Notes: generated by a model from the letters alone, not told the origin. A stretch of DNA of 64,000 nucleotides from Alicyclobacillus sp. SP_1 (GCF_024706985.1 NZ_JAMCCX010000018.1:1-64000), one strand, 5' to 3'. Counted from the stretch's first letter, positions 29,144-39,584 are shown. Numbers and translations are program-made.

Positions 29144-30117
29144 GGATGGTCAGTTTTGCACACATGCACGCGTATTCTTACCTTCATTGCCTGAAACAAA
29201 TTCCGGGTGTCGAAGTCCTTGGATTTTCGGACGATGACGCGATGCGCGCACAGTCGGTCGTTCAGGATTACGGGTTGAGGTATTATCCCAGTACCGTCGA
29301 GCTACTCGATGCACGCCCGGACTGCATCCTTGTCTGCAGCGAAAACACGAAGCATCTCGAGAGCGTCTTGCTGGCGGCACAGCGCGGCGTGGACGTTCTT
29401 TGCGAAAAGCCGATTGCCACCACGCTCTCTGACGCCTGGAAAATGGTTGGAGTTGCAGAGGCGTCTGGGATTGTACTCGCCACCGCTTTCCCGGTCCGAT
29501 TTAGCACGCCCGTCCGCCGTGCAAAGCAGTTCTTGGATGCCGGTCAAATGGGCCGATTGGTCGCGATGCGAGGTACGAATCACGGGCAAAATCCGGGAGG
29601 TTGGTTTGTCGATCCCGCTCTTTCCGGCGGGGGTGCGGTCCTTGACCACACGGTTCACGTGCTCGACTTGATGCGCTGGTTTGTCGGTTCCGAAGTGTGT
29701 GAAGTTTACGCGGAAGTGGGCACACGCTTTTCCGACATTCCGACGGAAGACTGCGGACTCTTGACGTTCGAGTTTGCGAGCGGCGTCATCGCCATGCACG
29801 ACCCGAGTTGGTCGCGTCCAAAGTCAAATCCGACCTGGGGCGATGTGACGTTGGAACTCATTGGTACGGACGGGGTTTTGAGAGTCGACGCGTTTGCCGA
29901 GCACTTAGACTGGTACGATGACCGTTCGCGCATGTACCGCCACGACCACTATGGGGACTCCACGGATTTGAATTTGGTGCTCGACTTTCTCACGTCGGTA
30001 CGGACTCGCCGCCGTCCGTCGGCGACTGGACTCGACGGGCTGAGGGCCCTCGAGGTTGCACTTGCTGCTTATCAGTCCGCCCGGGACGGGGCGCCCGTAC
30101 GCTTGGACCTTAAATGA
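29128..30117 (+). CDS. Gfo/Idh/MocA-family oxidoreductase
   Basis: Rossmann N-term, CEKPIA EKP motif; GGGGGTGG SD before ATG 29128. Confidence 0.75.
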   Translation: MFLRVGMVSFAHMHAYSYLHCLKQIPGVEVLGFSDDDAMRAQSVVQDYGLRYYPSTVELLDARPDCILVCSENTKHLESVLLAAQRGVDVLCEKPIATTLSDAWKMVGVAEASGIVLATAFPVRFSTPVRRAKQFLDAGQMGRLVAMRGTNHGQNPGGWFVDPALSGGGAVLDHTVHVLDLMRWFVGSEVCEVYAEVGTRFSDIPTEDCGLLTFEFASGVIAMHDPSWSRPKSNPTWGDVTLELIGTDGVLRVDAFAEHLDWYDDRSRMYRHDHYGDSTDLNLVLDFLTSVRTRRRPSATGLDGLRALEVALAAYQSARDGAPVRLDLK

Positions 30118-31282
30118 AGTTCAGACCTCCCGTGAATGGAAATGGAAGAGGGAACAGGCGTTGGCGCAGGATTTCAATCTCGCTGGACCAATGAGAAATG
30201 GGCGCATGCTCGTTGGGTGGAGTGCCTGTGTCAAAGACGAACGCGACGAGTTCTTCGGGAGTCACAGTCAGCGTGTGTTCGCCGATGGTGAGTGTAGTTC
30301 GGTTAGCGTCCGCCGGTTTGGCGCTAAGGGTGGCTGCTAACTCGGTGTCTCGCGCCTGACAGTACGGCTTCAGGTCGGCAAAGAGCTTTTCGGCAGAGAG
30401 GATACAAACGGTCCCTTGGTTTCGTTGCCGCTCTGCCTGTATCGTCTCGAGAAAGGGTGCAAGTGCGTCGTTCTCGGACTCGGAGAGGAAGAGTTGGAGC
30501 GGTCTTTGTTGTGTGCCTTTGCAGAGAATGTGATGAAAGATGGCTGCACATGCTGCAGCGTCCCCCGCCCACTCGGTGACCACGGTAGGCGCTTCGTCGT
30601 CTTCTCGGTAGGGCACAGCCAATACGGCAAAGGCGCGTACTTCTCCGTCCTGTTCGGCAACCAGCGCATGGTGCACACTGTGCGCGCAACTCGCCAGCGG
30701 GTTGGATGCAATGGCAGTAGCGAGATCGACCAAACTTTGTTCATAGCGCACCGCACGAGCGCTCGCCAGCGCGTGCACGCGAAACCAGTCCGTCGGCTTG
30801 AGTTCGCGAATCTGCCAATCGGCTCTGCCCGCAGTATGGCCGCCGTCTCGCCGAAGGTGGTTTGGCGCAGTCAGTCGATGAGCATAGGCCACGCCGAACG
30901 GCGCACAGTGAATGCGACGGTAGAGCGGGCCGTCGCCAGAGATGAGGAGAAGCGGCGCTCCCGCGGCCCGCGCGTGGTCTAATACAGCTTCAAGGACCTG
31001 CGAGGCCAGTTTGCGGCCGCGATAACGGGAGTCGGTACAGACAGAGCCGAGGGCATAGACGGGAATGCGGGCTGAGTCAACGTGTATCCAGTAAGGCATG
31101 ATGCCGAGAAACGTGACTAACTCGCCATGTTCAAACGCGCCAAAGCCTTGTCCCAGATGTGCGGAGAATAGGGCTGGGAAGGCCGTTGCCATAGAGATTT
31201 GCGTATCATCGCGAAACGTTCGGTCGGCTAACGCGGCAGCTTTCGCATATTCTTCTTTGTGAAGCCTGCGGATGTCAAACAT
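30110..31282 (-). CDS. Eis-like GNAT acetyltransferase (GNAT + SCP2-like C-terminal region)
   Basis: about 390 aa; GNAT core YRGRKLASQVLEAVLDHA; start at ATG with GAGGAGGG SD. Confidence 0.65.
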   Translation of the reverse strand: MFDIRRLHKEEYAKAAALADRTFRDDTQISMATAFPALFSAHLGQGFGAFEHGELVTFLGIMPYWIHVDSARIPVYALGSVCTDSRYRGRKLASQVLEAVLDHARAAGAPLLLISGDGPLYRRIHCAPFGVAYAHRLTAPNHLRRDGGHTAGRADWQIRELKPTDWFRVHALASARAVRYEQSLVDLATAIASNPLASCAHSVHHALVAEQDGEVRAFAVLAVPYREDDEAPTVVTEWAGDAAACAAIFHHILCKGTQQRPLQLFLSESENDALAPFLETIQAERQRNQGTVCILSAEKLFADLKPYCQARDTELAATLSAKPADANRTTLTIGEHTLTVTPEELVAFVFDTGTPPNEHAPISHWSSEIEILRQRLFPLPFPFTGGLNFI

Positions 31283-31467
31283 GGAAGCCCTCCTCGGAGC
31301 GAGACTAAGGCCATCATAGCGGAAAAATTTCTCTCCGGCCATGAGTCGAAGTTGAGAGGGAATAGATGGAACAAAGAGAATCTTATTCTATAGCGCATTC
31401 AGACATCCGCAGTGTTTTGGATGCTCGGATCGACATCTATCGCACATTGCAGAATGGAGGAACGACG

Positions 31468-32307
31468 ATGGCTGGAGTAAGGCAAGTCATTAGCACGCTG
31501 AGCAACGACGGCAAAGAGCTGATGGGGCCGGATGTACTGGTGTTTCACTACCCGGACAACAGCATCATCAATGGTTCGCTACTGACCTGTGAGAGCAATC
31601 ACTTTGCCGTGTTGAAGTCGCGTGGCGCGATTTTGAACGTGTACGAAACCGGGCAGTATACGGTTTCTACACCGGATCGGCCCATTATTGGCGTGTTTCA
31701 ACAAGCATTTTTTGGCGGCACCAGTCCCTGGCAGTATGAAGTGTTGTACATCAACAGAGCCAAGCTGATTCTCGAAGTGCAAGGGGTGGCCTATTCACGA
31801 GAAATGGCGGAAATGGGCTACCACGTCAGTTGCTATGTTCACGTGGATTCGAAAGATGATGCCTTGCATCTCGTGCAACGCATGCCGATTGCGGGTCACT
31901 ACGTGACCATTAAAGAGGTCAATGCCTACGCAGCTCCCGTTATTGAACAGTCCATCAACAAAATCGTCCAGGTTACGGAACTCGAGCGTGTCAATGAGCG
32001 CATGCCGGAAATTTTAGAGTTGGTTAAAGACCATCTTCAGGAATTTTTAAAAGTCTATGGGCTCACGCTGAACGACGTGAAGGCGCTGATTTTTCCGAAA
32101 GATGAGCGTATGAAAGAACTGATTTCGCTGCGGGCGTTTGGCCTCTCCGAAATCGACGCAGTGCGCTACTACACTGCGATGTTAATGGCGCAGCGCGGCA
32201 TTGTCTCGGCGCCCAACATGGCGGTCGGGCAGCCGTATTTCGTCGGCAATCCGCAGATGGCCGCCCTGCAAAGCACTCCATTGGAGTTGCCGAAAGACCA
32301 TGAGTGA
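31468..32307 (+). CDS. SPFH-like COG4260 ('virion core protein'/YdjI-like) family protein
   Basis: PDVLVFHYP...SLLTCESNHFAVLKSRG...AEV-like...YINRAKLILEVQG pattern matching COG4260; GGAGGA SD. Confidence 0.55.
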   Translation: MAGVRQVISTLSNDGKELMGPDVLVFHYPDNSIINGSLLTCESNHFAVLKSRGAILNVYETGQYTVSTPDRPIIGVFQQAFFGGTSPWQYEVLYINRAKLILEVQGVAYSREMAEMGYHVSCYVHVDSKDDALHLVQRMPIAGHYVTIKEVNAYAAPVIEQSINKIVQVTELERVNERMPEILELVKDHLQEFLKVYGLTLNDVKALIFPKDERMKELISLRAFGLSEIDAVRYYTAMLMAQRGIVSAPNMAVGQPYFVGNPQMAALQSTPLELPKDHE

Positions 32308-32818
32308 CCTTGTCCGCTACGGCGTCCAGATGGCGCCGCCGTCTGCGTCGACCACGCTCCTGCGAGGCATTCTGAACGCATGGACGTACAATCCAGCTCG
32401 ACCCGAAAATGGGGCTCGCGACCGCAGCCAAGCGGTTCGTAATGCCTGCGACGAGGCGTTGGCGGCCTACTCGGACCACCTTCGGTCAGAACTGAGTCGC
32501 CTCCGTCGAGCTTTACCGGAGCCGACCCGAGACAATCCGTATCCGCCGATGGATGGGTTACAGGCTGTTCGTGAACTCGAGCGTTATCTTCAGCAGGTCG
32601 ATGCGTTGCGGGTGCGCATTCAAGGTGCCGCGATTCCACCGAATGACATCATTGGGCATGGCCGGGCTGATAATCGCCTGTTGTTCATCGAATTGGAATC
32701 GGCCGATCGCGATTTGCTCCAGGCCCTCCTCGAGCTTCATGAACACTCAATTTCCGTAGTAGAGGGGATATTGGCGCACCGGGAGGACATTCTGCGCCAG
32801 TTTGACAGTCATCTCTAA
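32301..32818 (+). CDS. hypothetical alpha-helical protein translationally coupled to YdjI-like gene
   Basis: ATGA overlap with upstream stop; no recognisable domain. Confidence 0.4.
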
Positions 32819-32924
32819 AAATATTTTTTGTGCAACTTTGAAACATATTGCTGCTCCCTGTCGTCTCATCGGTGTACTTCTAGGCAAGACCTCGTGACCG
32901 ATGAGACGAAGGGAGAGTCTATGG

Positions 32925-35234
32925 ATGAAGCGACGGGTATATCTATCGGCAGCAGTGGCGGCATCGTTGGCGATGGGGGCGGTGTGTGCCGCGTCTCCGC
33001 CAGTAGCGCTGGCCGCAACTGCGACAAAGGCCCCCACCTCAAGAATTTCGATGAAGAAAGCGGAACAACTTGCAGAGCAGCGGGTGGCGATTCCAAAGAC
33101 ATGGGTTCTCACTCAGGCTTCGTACAATGCCAACCAAGTCTATGGCGAGAGCACATACTATTTTACTTGGCAACCGTTTTCGGATGAAAGCGACAACAGC
33201 GTATCTATGCAAAATGAATCGGTCACGGTCAACGCAACAACCGGCAGTATCGTCAGCGTATACCGTTCCAGTCCGACGAATCACTTTCAGTTTCCAATTC
33301 CGGTCAACGAAAAACAAGCAAAAGGCATTGCTCTGAGCTTGGTAAAGCGCATGTATCCGACGGTCTCGAACAAAGTTCGGTCCGTACCCCTAACACCTGT
33401 TTCTGGACCACTTTCCTATGGCATTACGTACAACTTCAATTTCGAGCGAATTAAAAACGGTATTCCGGCGCCGTTCGACGGATTGGACGTCCTCATTGGA
33501 GGTCACGGACATTTCCAAAGTGTCAATACGAATTGGACGGATGCCCACTTTCCGAGTTCCAAGCACGTTCTGTCAGAAAAACAGGCGCAAGCTATCTACA
33601 AGCAGAATCTCGGGCTGCATTTAGCCTATGAGCAAATTTTTTCTGCGTCCGGTGAAGGTCACTGGCGCCTAGTTTATAAACCGATGAAGGTTCCCAGTTT
33701 TACTTTTTGGAACTTCCAGTACAATAATGCACAATTTCCAAATCCCACGTTTGCCATTGACGCCAAGAATGGACACCTAGTCGAGTCGAACGGACAAACG
33801 CTTCATCTTCCCGCTGTTTCCACCTTGAAACCCGTCGTTCCTGGAGGGCCTTCCGTTTTGCCGGACACTCTTCACGCCAATTGGACCATGACACAGTCGT
33901 TAGAGCACGCCGAGCAGTTGCTGAACGTGCCATCAACGGTCACACCTTCGTACACGTCTCGAAGCTTGGAACACGGCAATGTAGAGTGGAACTTCTCTTG
34001 GAATCTAAGCGGAGATAGCCATGTGTATGCACAAGTGGATGCCACGCGCGGACTGGTCGTCGATGCTAGTCGCTATAACAAATCACTCCCACTGGCGCCG
34101 CTTTCTACAAAGAAGCAAAAGACGAAGGCAACGACGTCTGCTTCGAAGGCACCGCTGACCCAAGCAGAAGCCGAGAAAGTCGCCATTCGCTTTCTTCAAA
34201 AGGCTCTTCCGGAAGACACAGGGGCCATCGCTCTTGTTCCCGGAAATGCGGGAGTTCCTAATGGGAATAAAGTCGCCAATTATGACCTTGACTGGCTTGT
34301 TCATGGGATTCCCGTCGAGTCATTCAATGATCTCAGTGTCAATCGGACAACTGGACAAGTTACGCAGTATTCACTGAGTGTCCCTCGTCACATGAAAAAT
34401 TTCCCATCGCCAGAGCATGCCATTTCTCTCGACGATGCAGAACAAGTATGGCTGACGCATCGGCCTCTACAACTGGTTTATGGTAGGACGCAGATTCAGT
34501 ACAAGGTCGCCAAGACTGGCGGCAAGGTTCCTGCGTCGAGTCGAAAAATTCTCCTGCTCTATGTTCCGATGACGACAACGGGTGGAACGGGTTCGTTGGA
34601 CGCGCTGACGGGTCATTTTGTGGGCTCTGCCAACGCCAGTTCGCTCACTTCGAGTATTCGTGACCTGAAGAACGTGGAAGGGGGCGCACAAATTCGCCTA
34701 CTGGTTGAACACGGGCTTCTCAAGGTGGGGCCGCATGGGAATGTCCATCCGCATCAACCCATGACCGTCGGTGCTTTCGTAAAATTAGTGATGGGAGCCC
34801 TTGTTTCACCCTTTTCTCCGGAGAATTCCTTGTCGGTTACCGAGTTGCATCACGCGCTGTCGGGCACATCCAAATCGAATCCTGCGTATCAAACCATTCG
34901 TCAAGCGCTGGAGGAGGGCTGGTTGCCAAGCAATCGTGTGGTTCATCCGAATGCATTCATCAGCCGATGGGATGCGTCCCAATTGTTGCTGAAAATGCTC
35001 GGGGATGGTCCATTGCTCAAAGAGTCTGACATCTTCACGCTGCCGGACAGTGCCAAGCAGCAGGTCTCAAAGAACGATCGCGCTGCCGTGGCGATGGCCA
35101 TCGGGTTAAAGCTGTTCGCGCTTGACAAGAATGGCAAATTTAATCCGCAACAGCCAGTCCAAATCGACCAGGCTGCGGTTGCCGTCGTACGTTCGGCGGT
35201 CCTCATGCCGATGAGCAACAATGGAATGAATTAG
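32925..35234 (+). CDS. secreted S-layer-homology (SLH) protein with N-terminal PepSY/YpeB-like repeats
   Basis: signal peptide AAVAASLAMGAVCAASPPVALA; three C-terminal SLH-like repeats; GAAGGGAGAG SD. Confidence 0.7.
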   Translation: MKRRVYLSAAVAASLAMGAVCAASPPVALAATATKAPTSRISMKKAEQLAEQRVAIPKTWVLTQASYNANQVYGESTYYFTWQPFSDESDNSVSMQNESVTVNATTGSIVSVYRSSPTNHFQFPIPVNEKQAKGIALSLVKRMYPTVSNKVRSVPLTPVSGPLSYGITYNFNFERIKNGIPAPFDGLDVLIGGHGHFQSVNTNWTDAHFPSSKHVLSEKQAQAIYKQNLGLHLAYEQIFSASGEGHWRLVYKPMKVPSFTFWNFQYNNAQFPNPTFAIDAKNGHLVESNGQTLHLPAVSTLKPVVPGGPSVLPDTLHANWTMTQSLEHAEQLLNVPSTVTPSYTSRSLEHGNVEWNFSWNLSGDSHVYAQVDATRGLVVDASRYNKSLPLAPLSTKKQKTKATTSASKAPLTQAEAEKVAIRFLQKALPEDTGAIALVPGNAGVPNGNKVANYDLDWLVHGIPVESFNDLSVNRTTGQVTQYSLSVPRHMKNFPSPEHAISLDDAEQVWLTHRPLQLVYGRTQIQYKVAKTGGKVPASSRKILLLYVPMTTTGGTGSLDALTGHFVGSANASSLTSSIRDLKNVEGGAQIRLLVEHGLLKVGPHGNVHPHQPMTVGAFVKLVMGALVSPFSPENSLSVTELHHALSGTSKSNPAYQTIRQALEEGWLPSNRVVHPNAFISRWDASQLLLKMLGDGPLLKESDIFTLPDSAKQQVSKNDRAAVAMAIGLKLFALDKNGKFNPQQPVQIDQAAVAVVRSAVLMPMSNNGMN

Positions 35235-35499
35235 CTCGCTGTCTCCCTGTTTTCATCGCGATCGCCCGATGGCTAACTGCATAGAAGCGGTCGGGCGAAT
35301 CGCGAATGTCAACACGCGATGGGTGGAACAGGCATTGGCGAAGGAGCACAGGATTTTCATGCTACACTAAGACATGTCAGAATGAGAGACTGTGGAAAGG
35401 AGCTAGGTTCGAGTTAATTCCCCGCACAAAAAGGCACCTACCACGTTTTTTCAGCCAGGAAGACCTGGATTTGATCCGAGAATGGATTAATGAACCTAC

Positions 35500-35750
35500 A
35501 ACGACGACCTACGGAGGGCACACGCAGAGAACAAACTCGACATTCGGATGCGTAAATACTTGCGCCCAAAGCTGCTCGTGATGGATGAAGTCGGATACTG
35601 GCCATTTGGGCCGGAAGAAACCAACTCATTCTTCTAACTCGTCAGAACCCGTTATGAACACGAAAGCATTGTCTTGACAAGCAACAAAAGCTTTGCCGAA
35701 GTGGGTCAAATCAAATCCGGCGTCGACACATTTAGCTGAGCAGCTACAAA
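35500..35750 (+). pseudogene. IS21-family IstB ATPase 3' remnant with internal stop
   Basis: RKYLRPKLLVMDEVGYWPF...SFF*...RYEHESIVLTSNKSFAEVGQI matches IstB C-terminus (LLIIDELGY / RYE..S.I.TSN..F..WG); TAA interrupts. Confidence 0.6.
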
Positions 35751-35849
35751 TGACAGGTATATCTCAGGACAAATTACTCCCGATTTAAAATACTATAAAC
35801 AGTGAACTACAGGTTCTAGAGTAATATCGAACCATCACTGCAGGGTCAT

Positions 35850-37130
35850 TTATAATGACTGCAGACTTAAAATCCAATCTACCCACTTTGAAATGGTTTG
35901 AGCCCTTCTGTAGTAGGTGCTTTCTGAACTAACTCTGTATAGATTGCAATCTCTCATATGTTTGACGATGCGATCCTGGTTTAACGGATGTCCAATCTCA
36001 AAGTACTCCTTTAGAACGCGCTGAAAAATGTCATGTTCAAGGATACAAGATGCTAAACCCAGGTATTTGTTTTTATATGGTTTGCGCATAATGCCATGGC
36101 CTTTTCGTGTCAGCCGAAATCGAATGACACGATCTGTATCTTGAAACTTTTCGATGAGACCAAGATACATACCCGCCGTAGTGTAGTAATTCGTTTGGCG
36201 TTCGTCAAACGCGTAGTTCGCCGTGATATCATCTTTCTCCATATCAGTATCCACCAATATCCCAAGTAAGTCCACGACACGTTCAAAAATATCAGCCTGC
36301 GGGAACGGTAGTCGTGGCTCTCGAACAACTCTGGTGATCGATAAAATCTCAATTATGTCATCGAGCTTGATGTCCTCATGGTTGAGGACATAATCCTTTT
36401 GAAACACAAGCCGTAATGAATTGTAACGATGGGGATGGGTAAACTTATAAACGAAAAATGAGAAAACGTCATTAGAGTAGGTAAAAAATACTGGAACTAT
36501 TTCTTTGGTAAGCCTGTCGGTCCAGAGACGATATGGATAATATAATTGACGAATCAAAAAGTCGCTAGTTGACTCGTTTTTCGCCTCAATCAGCACGAAC
36601 TTCGATTCGGATTCATAGCCTGCATCGATTTCGATCTGAGATTTTGAGACGGAGATCCGATGTTCAGCAAAACCATTGCTTTTGATCAGGAAGTCAAAAT
36701 CCCTAGAAGACATGCGACCAGAGATAGTCGGATAAGCGATCTCCGCCAAGAGATGATCTACCATTCCAGAAACGTACGCACAATGAAGGGCGACGCTCTC
36801 GGAATATAAATTTGATGGTTGAATGGATGTGATGGTATCGGGGAATGCAATTGGTGTCGGTTCAATCTGTGGATTATAAGCTACGGTTTGATATGCGTCG
36901 AATTCACCAATGACATATCTGGAACGCGTGATTGGCAGAATGGCTAGACCATTAGTCTTGAAAATTTCGGGAAGATTCGTCTTGTGGTCGAATTTGCTCA
37001 TCAAACGTGGTTCTCGAACCGTCTTGATCGTTTTCGCGTCAATTTCAAACAGGCCAGTCCTGCGAACCTCACGCAATATGTTGAATCGCTGGAATAAGGC
37101 TTCCCAAGCCTCGTTGTTTTTACTCCCCAT
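35850..37130 (-). CDS. putative Type II restriction endonuclease (PD-(D/E)xK) partnered with Dam-family methyltransferase
   Basis: overlaps upstream MTase by 11 nt; candidate catalytic IEIDAGYESESKFVLIEAKN; low GC relative to window. Confidence 0.55.
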   Translation of the reverse strand: MGSKNNEAWEALFQRFNILREVRRTGLFEIDAKTIKTVREPRLMSKFDHKTNLPEIFKTNGLAILPITRSRYVIGEFDAYQTVAYNPQIEPTPIAFPDTITSIQPSNLYSESVALHCAYVSGMVDHLLAEIAYPTISGRMSSRDFDFLIKSNGFAEHRISVSKSQIEIDAGYESESKFVLIEAKNESTSDFLIRQLYYPYRLWTDRLTKEIVPVFFTYSNDVFSFFVYKFTHPHRYNSLRLVFQKDYVLNHEDIKLDDIIEILSITRVVREPRLPFPQADIFERVVDLLGILVDTDMEKDDITANYAFDERQTNYYTTAGMYLGLIEKFQDTDRVIRFRLTRKGHGIMRKPYKNKYLGLASCILEHDIFQRVLKEYFEIGHPLNQDRIVKHMRDCNLYRVSSESTYYRRAQTISKWVDWILSLQSL

Positions 37131-37965
37131 AATTCATAACGAGAATTTCATCGACTTTCCCTCGCCTCGACGAATCCGAATTAATTGCCCTACTGGCCTT
37201 GACGGTTATGATTTTATAACCCTTGTATAAATCTCTAATAAAATCAGTAGACGAGTTACTCAAGAGCACTTTGCATCCACGTTCATCAAGATCGTCAACG
37301 ACCCTCTTCAGGCGAGCCTGTTCCTCTCTACCGAAACCGTCTAAGCTGTAACCGGTGAAGTAAGCGGTATCTGAAACAGGGTCATAGGGCGGGTCTAGGT
37401 AAACAAAATCTCCTCTCTTAGCGTCAGCGACAGCCTCGGCAAAATCAGTGTTCCGAAACTTAATATCTGAAGTTGACAAATAGTGGTGGGCGGCTCGCAA
37501 TACAACTTCATTTACGATATTCGGACTCTTATAGTTTCCGAATGGAACATTAAATTGACCCTGGTTATTTACTCTGAAGAGTCCGTTATAACATGTTTTG
37601 TTCAAGTAAATCAGTCGTGAAGCGCGCTGAACGGATGACCAGGCTTTATAACCTGGTGTTCGATCTAACTCTCGAAGCGCGTAAAAGTACTCCTTCTCAT
37701 TTTTGTGTGCCGACAAATGCTTAATTAACTCGTCAATGTCATCACGGATGACTTTATATGCGGAGATCAATTCAGAATTAATATCGTTTACAACAGCCTT
37801 TTTAGGTTGAATGTCAAACAACACAGCTCCCCCACCTACGAAAGGTTCAAAGTAAGTGGTGAACTTTGGAATATATAAACGTATAGTTTCGAGCAATTGG
37901 CGTTTGCCGCCTGCCCATTTGACAAATGGCTGAAGTAATTTGTTCTTAGCCAAAATGCTAACCAC
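37120..37965 (-). CDS. DNA adenine (N6) methyltransferase, Dam/D12 class
   Basis: KWAGGKRQL, FEPFVGGGAV (motif I), DFVYLDPPYD (motif IV). Confidence 0.85.
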   Translation of the reverse strand: MVSILAKNKLLQPFVKWAGGKRQLLETIRLYIPKFTTYFEPFVGGGAVLFDIQPKKAVVNDINSELISAYKVIRDDIDELIKHLSAHKNEKEYFYALRELDRTPGYKAWSSVQRASRLIYLNKTCYNGLFRVNNQGQFNVPFGNYKSPNIVNEVVLRAAHHYLSTSDIKFRNTDFAEAVADAKRGDFVYLDPPYDPVSDTAYFTGYSLDGFGREEQARLKRVVDDLDERGCKVLLSNSSTDFIRDLYKGYKIITVKASRAINSDSSRRGKVDEILVMNYGE

Positions 37966-38289
37966 CTAATAAAACGTATGTTCGAGCCTCTACTAGTCTA
38001 CATGGAGAGTCTGGTTATTTCAACGACTTCTTCGTCCATCCAAAGCCTGCTGTGGTCGCTCACCTTGGCTGTCTGAAGCTAGGCGTTTTTTACGAAAATG
38101 TGATCACCGGGTTAGAATTGACCCAGTGACACCGGAATGAAAATGACCCATCTGTGTTGAATACCCTGATTGATAACCGTTGCATGGTGTCGAAAAGGGA
38201 ATCCAATTGTTACGAGGTGGGTCTGTGATTAGACTACAAAGTCTAGCGGCTCAAGAGAAGGGCTGGAGAGAGATTGCTAGGGAAGCTAG

Positions 38290-39250
38290 GCACTCCAAAA
38301 AAACACTATTAAGAAGCACTTTCGTGATGGGCACCCAACGGAGGTGAACCATCGTCCCAGTCGTGAAACGACTGGATGCGGTAGATAGCTGTGTCCTTGC
38401 GCTCTCCCAATCTGCCAACGACTTCCCAGTGGTTTCTCTCGAGCGCCCTGTGCTTTACCTTGTCGCACATGGCTAATGTGTTCGGTAAACGTGAGATAAA
38501 GCGAACATCGTGTTCGTGGAGCAACCGTAGGTTCTTCGACGTGACCGCCGCAGAATTCGCGGTACAGAGGATTTGGCGAAGTTTCTCTTCCGCAAGAGTG
38601 TCAGTCAACTTTACAATGGTTTGCACATTCCAGTTCTTGTCGATGAGGTTCCCGTTCTCAGGGCTGGCCAAGGAAGGGATTTCGTGTGCGGTGACCATAC
38701 CCGAAAATGATTTGTTTCAAGTCGGGCCTGTGGTCTTTTGAATAGCCCTTGAAATCCGAAAATGAGCGTCTTCCTCGTCATCCTGGTCGTTTAGGACATT
38801 CCGATAGCGGCCATGGAACGGCATGGACGTGGTATCTCCATGCAGATGGTCTAAGGGCACAGAGAGGCAAAGTCCAGCGTCGAGAATGAGGCCATAGTCA
38901 GCACACTGTCCATCTCATCCTCATGAATTGCGTTCCGGGCCCGTCCAAGAGCGTCGTTTCATTCAGAGCATCCGCCGTGACGTTCGGGCTTACACGTGAT
39001 TGGATGTCGTATTCGTCACAGGGCCCTTGAACTTTAAAAAAGGCCTTGCGGTCCGTCAGGATGTTGACCAAATAGTGCTTTGATTCGTTGGCCAGCGGAA
39101 AGTCGACAGTCGTTAGGCGCAACCCCAACCCCAACAAGCTCATCCACCTTGCCGACTCAACCGAGTCGGTCAATCATCCAGGACCAGATAGGACCTGAGC
39201 CGAGCTCCTTGTTTGTAAGATTAAGAGCATCGAGCAACTGCAAATTCTCC
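38290..39250 (-). pseudogene. IS1634/IS4-superfamily transposase remnant (multiple frameshifts)
   Basis: minus-strand translation gives ...HGDTTSMPFHG... and FSDFKGYSKDHRPDLKQIIFG (hallmark GYSKDHRPDLKQ motif) split over >=3 frames. Confidence 0.6.
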
Positions 39251-39299
39251 TTGGTACGCAACATCTAAGGGGAATATTTCGACTCAGACGAATAACTTC

Positions 39300-39584
39300 C
39301 CTACAAAAATTCACTTAGCACCTTATGTTACAGCGCGGAAGATGCGCACAGGCTATGACTTGAGGGGGTTCAACGCACAGAGTCAAGTTCGACTGAGACA
39401 CGTGTTCGAAGAGCTGGACCAGCGTGGTTGCAAGGTGCTCCTCAGCAACTCAGCCACGCCCTTCATGCGCGACCTCTATCAGAAATACACGATAGTGACG
39501 ATTGCAGCGAATCCAGCCATCAATTCCGATGCAGGAAAGCGTGGGCATGTGGAGGAATTGCTTGTCATGAATTATGTACCTTGA
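39300..39584 (+). pseudogene. 3' remnant of a second Dam-family methyltransferase gene
   Basis: about 60% identical to the last ~90 aa of the MTase at 37120-37965 (..PY..TA..TGYDLRGF...RGCKVLLSNS...LVMNY); N-terminal two-thirds absent, abuts IS1634 remnant. Confidence 0.6.

Noticed and set aside
38309-38698. 129-aa and 91-aa minus-strand ORFs as intact proteins
   Set aside because: They are out-of-frame pieces of one IS1634-type transposase whose conserved motif is split between frames; treated together as a pseudogene
39342-39584. 80-aa ORF as an independent small protein
   Set aside because: It is the C-terminal tail of a Dam methyltransferase lacking all catalytic motifs; called as gene remnant instead
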